Below are positions 1 through 12,109 of a stretch of 64,000 nucleotides of DNA, in pieces. Origin of the DNA: Octopus sinensis (taxonomy: Eukaryota). The stretch lies in the NCBI RefSeq assembly GCF_006345805.1, contig NC_043001.1:63240001-63304000 (forward strand). Reading direction: 5' to 3'. The translations under genes and the position numbers were made by a program. The first letter of the stretch is position 1. Each line of letters starts with the position of its first letter. The notes beneath the pieces are model-generated. The model saw only the letters and a list, made by a program, of their open reading frames with translations. It was not told where the DNA came from and searched no databases.

Positions 1-390
1 GGTATCTGCTCATTCCTTTGGTAGACAGCTCATCTCCCACTAACTTCTGTCTCTTACTTGTAGATTTACAAACTGTTTGGTCATAGAATACTCAGGGAGA
101 CTTGCCCCACACATGGAGAAATTAGATGTCAAAAAGATGATGGAATGATGAGAGATAACCAATAATATATTGGTGTCAGTTATCTATTTCTTTCCAAAAT
201 GGCCATGATTCTGTAAATAAGATCATATTTCTTGATAACTCATTTATTTAATCAACCAAACCTTACTCTCAAAATTGCTGGCTTTGTATCTAATTTAGAA
301 ATTATAGAGGGCAGTAGATTGGCGAACTCATTAAAGCATTGGACAACAGTTGTGGGCTATTTATTTGATGCTCCTTTACACTTGTGAGTG

Positions 391-712
391 GAGGCGCAAT
401 GGCCCAGTGGTTAGGGCAGTGGATTCATGGTCATAGGATTGCAGTTTCAATTCCCAGACCGGGTGTTGTGAAGTTCCACAAGGCTCCAGCAGGGGTGGTG
501 GCGAACCCTGCTGTGCTCTTTCACCACAACTTTCTCTCACTCTTTCTTCCTGTTTCTGATGTACCTGTATTTCAAAGAGCCAGCCTTGTCATGCTGAATT
601 TCCTCGAGAAATACGTTAAGGGTACATGTGTCTGTGGAGTGCTCAGCCACTTGCACGTTAATTTCACGAGCAGGCTGTTCCATTGATTGGATCAACTGGA
701 ACCCTCGTCGTC
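391..712 (+). mobile_element. tRNA-derived SINE
   Basis: tRNA-like head with A/B-box-like motifs (ggcgcaatggcccagtggttaggg...gtttcaattccc) followed by a non-coding body. Confidence 0.65.
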
Positions 713-739
713 ATTAAAGTGTCTATACTGCTCCTCTCA

Positions 740-1270
740 GAATTGTTGGCCATTATTGTTGTTGTTGTTGTTGAGTGAGAGAGGGGCACATGCCATCAAA
801 GAAACACTGGGGTACAAATATATGAAGGCCAATACCTGTCTGATAAGAGTACACCAGGCACATGCATCACAACCATATGTATGTGGTATTGTGTTCTCAT
901 ATCAAGATACACTGTGCATGACCTTGCAGGTGGGGGGCCTAGTTTTCTTCAGGTTGAGTAGCTCATCCTACTCAAATGGTCCCTGAATAAGGTTTGTTTA
1001 AGGATGATGAATAAATCACCCATTTTTCCAAAGGTGAATTATTCAAACACCAAAGAATTCCTCTTAACACATGACTTTGATGCTCCCCAACTTCTTCTGA
1101 TCATGATTAGAGATGCACATATTACCACCCATTAAGGGACCTGCTCACTTAGTTATGGTCAAGTAACTGACAAGCAAATCTGTAGTATTGAGCAGAATAT
1201 TTGCTGTAGCCTGTCTTTCATACCAAGACAAAACATACATATAACACTTCCAATCAGTTAAGATCACAAG
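740..1270 (-). mobile_element. Interspersed non-coding repeat with (AAC)n tail, SINE-like; second partial copy at about 60590-60790 (+)
   Basis: Segment 775-915 recurs in reverse complement at about 60610-60765. Both copies end in AAC/AAT microsatellite tails. Confidence 0.6.
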
Positions 1271-1428
1271 CCATGAGAGCTAATGCCTGGTACTGCATCA
1301 GGGCATTTATTATTATTATTATTGATTGTATTGTTATTTACATTGTTGTTGTGTTTTATATGAGCTGTTCTAAGTCTCATCCACAGAACAGCAAGTTGGA
1401 TGTTTTACTGTGGATGTTATTTAGAATT

Positions 1429-1568
1429 CATCATCATCATCATCATCATCATTTAACGTCCGCTTTCCATGCTAGCATGGGTTGGACGGTTCAACTGGGG
1501 TCTGGGGAGCCCGAAAGCTGCACCAGTCCAGTCAGATCTGGCAGTGTTTCTACAGCTGGATGCCCTTC
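1429..1568 (-). mobile_element. 5'-truncated RTE-tail SINE or LINE 3' end with (ATG)n tail
   Basis: Exact reverse complement of 3868-4003, apart from tail length. Confidence 0.85.
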
Positions 1569-1599
1569 ATTGTAGAAGGAGATCAGAATCAGAAAACTA

Positions 1600-1860
1600 A
1601 GATTATGTTGGATTATTATTATATTTTGGTTTTAAAAGAGTTTTAAGAGAATTGGATATTTTCAAGTTGACAATGTGAGCAGTACCCATGAAAAGAATTT
1701 TTTGTTGTTCTAGCATTTTTAGGTTTCCTGATATTTGGTCATAGTATTTAAGAGTGTTATTTGGTATTGTCCCTAAAGCTCCAGTGATCACAAGTAAAGT
1801 TTTTATTCTTAGATGCTACATTTTTATGACCTCTATTTCAAGGTCTTCATATTTACTTAT
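1600..1860 (-). mobile_element. R4/Dong-like LINE 3' fragment (end of the restriction-like endonuclease)
   Basis: The ORF ITGALGTIP...LEQQKILFMGTAHI resembles the IIGALG...QK..LLGTA C-terminus of R2/R4-group elements. Confidence 0.55.
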
Positions 1861-1869
1861 AAATACATA

Positions 1870-3090
1870 TTGAGTGCAACAGCAAGGTTGCTAATGAAAC
1901 TCTCAAAATCCTAATAGAAACAAAGAAACACACCACTGATATCAATGAGGACAAAACAAGCTTCACAGATGAGAGTGATGTCATCAAAAGATGGTCTAAG
2001 TATTGCAAAGACCTTTACAATCACAAACTAAAACATGACAGCAATATCCTAGACACTTCCAATAACAACAATAAGGATGTGGGGACACTCCGATTATCCA
2101 GGAAGAAGTTGAAAAAGCAGACTGCATGCTCAAAGATGGGGAATTCCTCAAAATGAATAACAACAGAGGTTCAGAAACATTGCACTAATAATCACCAGTC
2201 AGATGATATGGTAGATGAAGCCATGGCCAAAGGAATGGACCCAATCACTAAAGATACCCATTCCCAAGAAAGGCAACTTAAGATTCTGCTAGAATTATAG
2301 AACACTCAGCCTAATTAGCCACACTAACAAAGTATTATAAAGAGTTTTGCCAAACAGATTTAAGGGTAAGGCAGAAGAAATCTTTGCAGAACAGGCAGGA
2401 TTTAGACTCATAAAAGAGTACTGTGGAGCAGATGTTTAATATTTGTCTGTTCACTGAGAAACATCTGCAACACCAAGATCCTGGTTAATAGTAACAACCA
2501 ACCTCATGCTGAATGGAGAGAGACTTGATGAAGTGGACCTTCAAGAACCAAGGATCCACTGACCAAGAATGACAGATCTAAAAGGACTCAGTTTAGTTTC
2601 TGCTGTGATGACAAAGCTGAATACCATATGGAAAATCAATTCCTTTAGTTTTTTAACAAGACTCAGAATCCTTCTGTATGAGTGTGCGAGCTGGCCTGTT
2701 ACAGCAGACATAGAGTGAGGAATCCAGGCATTTTAGCACAAGTGCTTCAGAAGGCTGCGACACATCTCATGCACAAAACACACAGCTTTGTCATGCAGTA
2801 AGTCAACAAATATGCTGTCAGACAGGAACTACTCCTTGCACAGGTAAAAAGATGAAAACTTGCTTGGTACAATTATGTATCCTGCCACAACTCCTTGTCC
2901 AAAACCATTCTTCAGGACACAACTGAGGAAATGTAAATGAGAGGTAGACAGAGAAAATTGTGGTTTGACAACATCAAGGGCTGGACAGGTCACAACACAG
3001 TGAACCTGCTACACATGACAGAGAACAGAGACGTCTGATTATGAAAGCATCCAGAGTGTCACTCCAATAACTGGTTGCATCACTTAAGAG
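1870..3090 (+). mobile_element. Degenerate RTE-clade LINE reverse transcriptase fragment
   Basis: Broken frames give RWSKYCKDLYNH and WPKEWTQSL.IPIPKKGNL...NYRTLSLISH, typical RTE/BovB-type RT motifs. Confidence 0.75.
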
Positions 3091-3744
3091 GTCTTGATGA
3101 TATATTTGCTTAACTTTCCTTCAAATGTTTTTACAGAAGTGCTGCAATTGCTGGGATTGATGTATTTATGCACAGACATGTTTTGTCAATGTGATTTTTT
3201 TACCACAATATCTGGTCTGTCGGCATGCTCAGTTTGAATACTAAAGTTCCAGAGAATGGTAATATCTTTATTTTCTACTACTTTGGCAGGCTTACATTCC
3301 CATCAATTCTTCTTATGGGAGTACAAACTTATGGCATATGATTTAGTGCAAATACTATGTCTATCATGGCAATTAATATATTCATTTGAGGCTAACATAG
3401 AGCATCCAGTGGCAGGCAAGATCAGTGCTGTTTTTAAGAATGCTTGCTTGGTAGTTTTTGGTGGGCAGACACTGATTCTGAGCTGCTATAATGAAGCCAG
3501 AAGTTAGGAATTTTATTGTTCCCAGGTGATTTTCATTTGTTGGATTTTCTCATTGCAGTCAGAGATCAACAGAGATATCTTTCCATATTTGTTCTTTAAT
3601 ATATTCAGTCTCTGACTTGTTTATGAATTCAGAGAGCACCACAATTATGTTCTTTTGGGTGTGATCTTATTGATTCCCAAAACTTCTGTACTTACCCCTA
3701 GGTAGGTAGATAGGTAGGTATGGTTTTAACAGTTACACTCGTCT

Positions 3745-4003
3745 GGTACCTGTGTCGGTGGCACATAAAAAACACCATCCGAGCGTGGCCGTTTGCCAGC
3801 CTCGTCTGGCACCTGTGCCGGTGGCACATAAAATCACCCACTACACTCTCGGAGTGGTTGGCGTTAGGAAGGGCATCCAGCTGTAGAAACACTGCCAGAT
3901 CTGACTGGACTGGTGCAGCTTTCGGGCTCCCCAGACCCCAGTTGAACCGTCCAACCCATGCTAGCATGGAAAGCGGACGTTAAATGATGATGATGATGAT
4001 GAT
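3745..4003 (+). mobile_element. RTE-tail SINE or 3'UTR copy with internal duplication and (ATG)n tail
   Basis: Contains the ggttggcgttaggaagggcatccagctgtagaaac...gcggacgttaaatgatgat motif. Related copies at about 22725-23030, 46715-46960, 52123-52315, 54545-54845 and 61580-61775. Confidence 0.8.
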
Positions 4004-4619
4004 TAGCTTTTGCAATTTTCCAATAAAATCTTTCAGAATTGTCGTAGAGCATCTTGTTATCCTTGAAAATGTTTGATCTCTTTTTGAGCTTCTTTACCTA
4101 TGCTGCTTTGGTTTGGATAAATTGCTTGAGCATACAAACATTTCTCTTTCATAACCAAGAAAACATTAAGCATCTCAGCCTGCATTTGTATTGCATAAAA
4201 ATTCTGAATACTCTTCAGAACTGATAACAATTACAGAAAATGAACTGTTGAAATATTCACAAGCTACACAATTATGAAAGCTGTAAAGCACAGCTGATAC
4301 TTTAACAAATGCTGAACACCACTAATAACCAAATTCATATGCTGTTTAGTATAAAAAAAAAACAGTGATGTATGCATTCATTTTTTGAAACAGTTTTCCT
4401 TGAAAGCTATCATCACTTCCATAATTGAAAGAAACAGCAGCTCTTGTATTGACCTTCTCAACTAGCTCTCTCAAAAAGCAAACTACAACAAAAACATGTT
4501 TTAACTCTTAATACTTTCTTCTATTCTGTCCACTCATTTCTATTCTTGTTGACTACTATTGAATCTATTTATAGCCTTGAGATACATATCCTCTATGAAT
4601 CTATTGTTTTATTCTTATA

Positions 4620-4805
4620 CTTGTTTCAGTCATTTGACTGTAGCTATGCTGGAGCACCGACCTTAGTCAAACAAACTGATCTCAGGACTTATTCTTTGTA
4701 AGCCTAGTACTTATTCTATCGGTCTCTTTTGCCAAATCACTAAGTTACAGGAATGTAAACACACCAACATCAGTTGTCAAGTAATGATAGAGGACAAACA
4801 CAGAC

Positions 4806-4884
<79 letters not shown>

Positions 4885-5062
4885 TATTTATATACACACA
4901 CATACACAACGGGCTTCTTCAGTTTCCATCTACTAGATCCACTCACAAGGCTTTGGTCAGCCTGAGACTATAGTAGAAGACACTTGCCCAAGGTGCCACA
5001 CAGTGGGACTGAATCTCAAAACCATGTGGTTGGGAAGCAAGCTTCTTACCACACAGCCACAT
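4620..5062 (-). mobile_element. tRNA-derived SINE with internal (TA)n (family also at about 16500-16915 +, 26675-27025 -, 30295-30685 -, 59357-59693 +)
   Basis: Shared head (ggctgtgtggtaagaagcttgcttcccaaccacatggt) and shared tail (gcggtgctccagcatggcc.cagtcaaatgactgaaac). Confidence 0.8.
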
Positions 5063-5950
5063 CTGCACCTATGTCTACCAATCTGTTTTTTTTTCTATCT
5101 TATTCTGTCTCCTCTTCTCTCATTACTTATGATTACCTTCAACACAATTCATAAGAATTATTATTTACACCCACCTATATCTACATAACTAAACAGCTAC
5201 ATGTTTACAAATAGCACTACACAGATCAAACAAAAAAGCACTTTAAGTTGTTGAGATGCATGAAGCTGTGTAATGTAATATATTGCTAGAAACTCATATA
5301 ATGCCATGCAATATTATCATGTAACAATAAAAACAATAATAATAATCTTAGATAAAGTAGAAAGTAAAATGTGTGTGCCTACCTCTCAGGGACTGCACAT
5401 GGGTTAGGGGAACCGGCAGCTGGAGTCTTAGAGTAGCTGTCCACCGAAGTTCCATATAATATGGGAATGAAAAAGGAAAAGGAGGAAAATACAATGTTAC
5501 TAAAACAAAGACACATTCACAAGTAGACAAACAAATGGTTTGATTAGGGTATAATCAATTTGGCGAGGAAACTAAAGAGAAAATATTACGACGATGACCA
5601 CCACAGATCTACAATGGAAGAATTCACCACGTGTAGTTGAGGGTAAAAGAAATCGTTGAACGACAGTAAGTACGTCCAAAATTTATAAAGCAGTGACATA
5701 CATACATACATAGATACTTGTAGCACACATGTATATACGTGCAGAGTGAAAATAAGTCACACTATTTAATGTGACGGACTACACTGCAAAAAAATCAAAA
5801 ATTTCATTTCTGTTTACAAACTTTCTCCGTGTCTATACGCACAAATACTTTTATGTATACACACGCAATATTTAAGAAAAAAAGGAATATACACAAATAT
5901 TTTATATTTAACTTTTATCGTATTGTTGTTTACATTTTCTGTCTCTACGG

Positions 5951-6344
5951 ATGACCAGAACCAACAGAATCGCCATGGTGAAATCCATAGCGGCGTGCGA
6001 TAAGACTGGTCGCTGCTCTAAAATAGAACACTGCCCAGAAAATCACACCTGCCACATCTGTACGGAACCCGAAAATACGTTCCGTAATCGCTGGGTCGAA
6101 TGTGGGACATGTCTCATCTCTGTCTGCCTCCAATGTGCCACGGACTTTCAGAAGATCCCAGGCCAAAAAAAGAGCCATCATAATGCTATGATGGATAGAC
6201 TCTGGAAGATGGTTCAGCTTAAATCTTGGACTTTTCAGTGTCAGGCCTGCGTGCCTCCACAACCGACGATTGTGTCTCCCCCTGCCACTCCCGTGGAGGA
6301 GGCGGAACAGCAACAGCAGCAACAACAAAATCAATCACAACCAG

Positions 6345-6377
<33 letters not shown>

Positions 6378-6382
6378 TAGAG

Positions 6383-6416
<34 letters not shown>

Positions 6417-7156
6417 TAGAGCAGCAGCAGCAGCAACAACAAAATCAACCACAACCAGAGCAGCAGCAACAACAGCAACAACAAAATCAACCACAACCAG
6501 AGCAACAGCAGCAACAACAACAACACCAATTGACCAGTGCGGTTCTTGCAGAACTGCAACAATCGATCTGTGCTTTAAAAGGGGAAGTAGCAGGAATAAA
6601 AGCAACCATTCAGGTTGGACTCCACAATGAGGGGTCTTATCGGAATGCTCTGCTAAAGAACCTCCCTGTACCTGTACCTCTTGTTGCATTTAAGACCGCG
6701 GATTCTGCCACCCATGAAGTCATTGCCATTGGGGTGCCAGAAGACATGGCTGATCTTCAGGCTTTTGCTGCCAACTCAGCCAAAGACCTAGGCTGCGTTC
6801 CCCCAACGGGTGCTATCCGCCTTGGACGACCTGGCCCAAAACCTAGGCTCATCAAGTTGTCTTTTACGGACCCCACTGAGGCAACCTCTTACCATCTGGC
6901 CTCAGTTAAAGCTGGGCGGGAAAATCGGACCACCTTCCGAACACGCCCAGGCTTACCGTCCGATGTACGTCCGAAGCTACGTGTAGTGGCTTCCCTGAAT
7001 AGGAACTCAGCTCTACAGGAAAGCTTCAGTCTTCGGGAAGATGGACAAATCTGGAGATTTGTCAAGACTGCTGAAACGTGGAAGAGAGATACCAGCTGGT
7101 CTGAGTGCTCTCTACCCACAATAACTAAAAAGACTACAGCAACTCAGGGAAACTAA
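5951..7156 (+). CDS. LINE ORF1p: PHD-like zinc finger, polyglutamine tract, coiled coil, RRM-like C-terminus
   Basis: 401-aa ORF with CHIC...CGTC-x4-CLQC...WTFQCQAC. VIAIGVPE and AIRLGRPGPKPRLIKLSF resemble CR1/L2 ORF1 motifs. Confidence 0.85.
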
Positions 7157-9975
7157 GCCAGAACAACCTGCCATCCTCTACACACCATCATAAACTGCGA
7201 GCAGGGTACAAATTGTTGTCCTTAAATGCTCGCAGTTTATGCAACAAAATACATTTGTTCAACGCCTACGTCAGAAGTGTTGACCCTGACTTCATCACTG
7301 TCACGGAAACATGGGCGCATTCCTTACTCTGTGATGGGGTTTTCAACATTACGGGGTACAACCTCTTCCGTAAGGACCGCACTAATCGCCGTGGTGGTGG
7401 TGTGATGGTCTACGTTCGTTCAAATTTTTTGGTAATTCCTTGTGCTGATTTGAACGAATCACAAGAAGTTTTTTTCTGTGACGTGCGTATGACCATGTCA
7501 ACACTCCTGCTTGGCATTGTTTATCGTCCCCCAAGTTACCATCGGGACACACAGCTTTGCAATGTCCTCCGAGCTGCTGCCAGGAAAACAGCCACTTATG
7601 TGTTTATTGCAGGCGATTTCAATCATCCTGAGATCGATTGGGAGACCTTCCATTGGCCACAGAGTGCAAACGATTTTGTTGAGATTGTGCTGGACTCAAA
7701 CTGGTCACAAGTAGTCACCTCTCCAACAAGAGGCGACAACACCTTGGACCTGCTCTTCACCACAACTCCCGAAGCGGTTATCAATTGCACTATGGAGGAA
7801 CCTCTAGGTGACTCTGATCATGCTATGATCATCGCCAATCTGGCTCTTGCGGGCAACAAAAACCTGAACCATCTCCAATCTGCTTCCTTCGATTGGAAGA
7901 GAGCAGATTGGAACCTGTACCACACTGAACTACAGCACCCAAACTGGCGTGAATTCTACAACTCTGGAGATGTGAATACTATACTCCAGAGTATCCTGGA
8001 CTCAATATGGGCAGCATGTGCAGCATCAGTGCCACGTAAACAAAAAAAGAAGAACCGCCCCAAAAGGGCAATTTGGGAAACTTCAGCGGTCTGACTTGCC
8101 AGGAGGGAACGTCGGACTGCTGAACAGGAATACAGGTTGCATAAATCAGACACCAACAGGAAGAAGCGGAATAAATCCTCCAACCATCTCAAGCAAGTGA
8201 CAAAAAAAGCAGTGCTTGAATTTGAACAGTGCATAGCAGCCAATCCCGACAGCAAGGTTTTCTGGAAATATGTGCACTCAAAGCAGAGACCTCACTCTCT
8301 AGTGGGCCCTCTTCGCAACCCTCACACAAACCAGATCACTGACGACCCCAAGGAATGCGCAGAACTCATTGCCGAGTGCTATGCAAACATATTCACTGTT
8401 GAAAGTCAAAATGTACCATCTTCACCATCACTAACAGCAAACTCCATAACAACTATGGAATTTACACCTGCAATGCTGCGACGTCACCTTCAAAATAAGC
8501 GCAACTATGCCTCCCCTGGTCTCGATGGAGTTACATACCTGCTTCTCAAACGTGGCAGGCACTTCCTTTTACACCAGCTTTCTATTTTCTTCCAGTACTG
8601 TCTCAACAATGGTGCTACTCCGGAGCAGTGGAAAACTGCCAGTGTCATTCCTCTGTTCAAAAAGGGCGACCGCACATCACCTGTCAACTATCGCCCAGTC
8701 AGTCTCACTAGCTGTATTGCAAAACTGATGGAATCGTGTGTCAGAGAAACACTCTGGAACTTCTGGAGCTCTCACAGTCTCATCCGACCCTCACAATATG
8801 GATTTGTCCTTAACTCCAGCTGCAGTGACCAGCTTGTCGAGTTCCTTGAGGACATTACTCAGATTACTGACAGTGGCTCATGGGTGGATGTTGTCTACCT
8901 TGACTTTGCTAAGGCTTTCAACTCTGTGCCACACAAAAGGCTTATGGTGAAACTCTCTGCAATGGGTGTGGGGGATGACCTTTTTAACTGGTTGAAATCC
9001 TTCATCCTCAGCCGAAAGGAGGTAGTCACAGTTCTAGGACAGCACTCTACACCATATGAGATGTCATCGGGTGTACCACAGGGATCTGTCCTTGGTCCCC
9101 TCTTGTTTGTGGCATACATTAACGACATAGATGCCAATTTAAAGAATGCCACAGTATTGAAATATGCAGACGACATCAAGCTGTACCTTGAAATCAAGAG
9201 GACAGATCCTGATGTCTACAACTCTTTCCTGCAATCAGACCTAGACACAATGCAGCAATGGATCACAGACTGGCAACTGAAACTGGCTGTGGACAAGTGT
9301 ACCACCATGCATTTTGGGAGAAAAAACCCTGCGTTCACATACTCCCTTCACAACACTGATATCAAGAAATCCTCTTGCGAGCGTGACCTAGGCATCACTG
9401 TCAGCAGTGATTTGCGTTGGTCAAAGCATATCTCTAAGATTGTCAGGAAGGCCGAGGGTGTCTTGGCATCACTCAGCAGGTCTTTTGTTAGCCGCTCTCC
9501 AGCCATCTATTTAAAACTGTATACAGTTATGGTACGACCACACTTGGAATTCGCATCATCAGTTTGGAACCCCTATCTTGCACAGAACATTGACCTCCTG
9601 GAATCTGTCCAGAGACGTGCAACCAAACGCATACCCTCCATCAGACACCTACCATATTCTGAGCGCCTTGTTTCCCTGGGCATGGATTCACTGAAGCTCC
9701 GGCGTTTGGCGACGGACTTGGTAAACACCCACAAAGTTATCAACCACCTCACCAACAACAACACTGAACACCTTTTTGATCTCCATGTGTCTAACACACG
9801 TGGACATGCCTACAAAGTCAGAAAACAATACAGCTCCCATGACTTTCGGAAACATTTTTTCACGCTCAGAGTTGCTGAAGCATGGAATAAACTGCCTGCG
9901 TCAGTTGTTGACTGCCATGACACTGCATCTTTTAAGGCCCTCATGCTTTCCGAAATCCGCCGAAACTACACCTGA
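7129..9975 (+). CDS. LINE ORF2p (APE endonuclease plus reverse transcriptase), interrupted by one in-frame TGA at 8092-8094
   Basis: Endonuclease motifs SLNARSL, ITETW, GDFN, LDL and SDH. RT motifs NYRPVSLT, YLDFAKAF, GVPQGSVLGPLLF and YADD. ORFs 7213-8094 and 8137-9975 are in the same frame. Confidence 0.9.
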
Positions 9976-11084
9976 TTATATATACACTTTAGATGAGTTG
10001 TAGTGCACCTGAGCACTGTACACAATTATTATTATTATTATTATTATTATTATGATGGGATCACTATTAAAGCACACCCTTGGTGATAAGGACCACATGC
10101 AAGTATATTGGAAATACCTAATAAAGAAAATAGATACCAGATCAGTTGTCACCTGATAAAAAATGGATTGCATTTCTCAAAGTCAAATTAATCTGGAGTC
10201 GAAAAGTCTTATGATGGTTTGATCCCTTCCCAAAACACTGGCATGAAGACTCCCATTCACGGGATAACTTTGAAGGCTCTTTATGCACACCATCTTCATC
10301 TGGTACTACTAAAACCAGAGTAAAATGGACTAGGATGATCTAGAGGCCTTTTATACTGCAATGTACTTTCCCACAAATGAATCAAATATAGAATATACAT
10401 CTTTAAACTGGAAGGAAAAAAAACCCTACCAATAGACCGAACATATTAATGAATTAGCTAATGTTTACATCACAAAAGAGAAATTGTTGACTGGCCTGGA
10501 TATTGAGTTACATATTCAGACCAATAGTTATACAAATAAGAATGCAAGTAATGATACAAAACATCTCTCCACTATGGAAGTAGAATCTAGTATAACAAAT
10601 ACCCAAAATAACATACTCAATGAAATTTGCCTGTGATGTTGATGTAATTGTGAGTGGTTGCGGTAGAAGTGTAAACACAGACATTGAACCTGACAATCTA
10701 AAAACAAATATTCTATCAGAGTGGCTGAAAGTCAAACACATCAAACTGTGATATCACAATGATCTTCTCAAAATAATAGATTAATAGGCAAGGTAAATGC
10801 AGTCATAAGATCCATCTTGAATTAGAATAAATCAGATCTCACCTTGCGGAATAACCTATTTTATGCTGCAGTTTCCATGAGCACTGTACTGTGTGGTGTT
10901 TAAGTGAAGAGAAAGATTCAACATATAAACAGGAAATGAGCATGACAAGAAAGAATTAGAAATAAGATTAGTGTACTCAGATCTGATTTTGAAATACTCA
11001 AGATCATGAAGAGTCAAATAAATGTCAAGATACCCAAAATAAAGAAGCTGAAAAGAAATATGCAAAATCAATGAAGCAATTATT

Positions 11085-11396
11085 TATTCGACTTTGCCTT
11101 TCATCCTTTTGGGATCAATAAAATAAGTACCAGTTCAGTACTGGAGTCAATGTAATCGATTTACACCCTTCCCCTAAATTGCTGGCCTTGTACCAAAATT
11201 TGAAATTATTATTATTAAAGCAGCGAGCTGGCATGCCAGATGAAATCTTTATGTTCTGAGTTCAAATTCCACCGAGATTGACTTTGTCTTTCATCCATTT
11301 AGAGTCAACAAAGTAAGTACCAGTTGAGTAATGGGGTCGATGTAATTGACTTTCCCCCTTCCCCAAATTTTAAGCCTTGTGCCTATAGTAGAAAGG

Positions 11397-11431
<35 letters not shown>

Positions 11432-11875
11432 GGTGAGCTGGCAGAAACATTACTGCTCTTGATAAAATGCATGGTGGCATTTCTGAGTTCTATTTCTGAC
11501 TAGGCTGATTTTGACCTTCATCATTTTGGAGGTCAATGAAATAAGTATCAGTAGAGCACAGAAGTCAATGTAATTGTCCAGCCTCTCTCCCAAAATTTAA
11601 GGCTTTGTGCTTATAGTAGAAAGGATTATTATTGTTGTTGTTATTATCAAGGTAGTGAGCTGGTAGAATTGTTAGCACACTGGACAAAATGCTTAGTGGC
11701 AATTTGTCTGTCTTTACTTTCTGAGTTAATTCTGCTGAGATCGATTTTGTTTTTCATCCTTTCAGGGTTGATGAAATAAGTACCAGATGAGCTCTGGGAT
11801 CAATGTAATCAGCTAGCTCCCTACCTGCCAAATTTCAGGCTTTATGCCTATTGTACAAAGGATTATTATTATGAT
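11085..11875 (+). mobile_element. Head-to-tail stack of four SINE copies, each ending in (ATT)n
   Basis: Repeated g(c)agtgagctggcagaa...gactttgcctttcatcc...aagtaccag...ccttgtgcctatagtagaaaggattatt. Inverted relatives at about 56330-56465 and 56990-57140. Confidence 0.8.
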
Positions 11876-11954
11876 TTCTACAAAAATAGAAACCTTGTTG
11901 CTTAAATATTTTAAATGCTATATTTTAATTGACTAAAAATATAAATTTCCCCAG

Positions 11955-12109
11955 GAAAACCCTAACTCGCAGCCATACGTGCCTAAATTTCCCAAACCAA
12001 CAGAAGGTGCCTATTCACGGATACACCAAATGCCCTTTCCAAAGCTAGATGGTTCCATCATTCTGAATATAATTCAAGAAGGAGTGGCTAAGCACAATCT
12101 TAATAACAA
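11955..12109 (+). CDS. SBF2: SBF1/SBF2 (MTMR5/MTMR13)-family exon, ENPNSQPYVPKFPKPTEGAYSRIHQMPFPKLDG...HNLNNK
   Basis: ccag acceptor at 11951-11954 and gtaagt donor at 12110. Open frame resembles the SBF ENP...PFP.L segment after the DENN module. It ends in phase 2 (AA), matching the next exon (G). Confidence 0.85.

Larger units (their letters stand above)
5350..10052 (+). mobile_element. Near full-length CR1/L2-group non-LTR retrotransposon
   Basis: Two ORFs, a short 3'UTR with stem-loop (agtgc acctga gcact) and an (ATT)n tail at about 10025-10052. The 5' boundary is uncertain and no TSD was found. Confidence 0.88.

Noticed and set aside
391-470. tRNA gene
   Set aside because: A tRNA-like head only; it runs into a SINE body and has no complete cloverleaf.
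5945-6689. Antisense and alternative-frame ORFs over LINE ORF1
   Set aside because: Shadows of the CAG/CAA polyQ tract.
1-11954. Additional upstream SBF exon (end of the DENN module)
   Set aside because: I could not recognise one by eye; it is probably upstream of the window.
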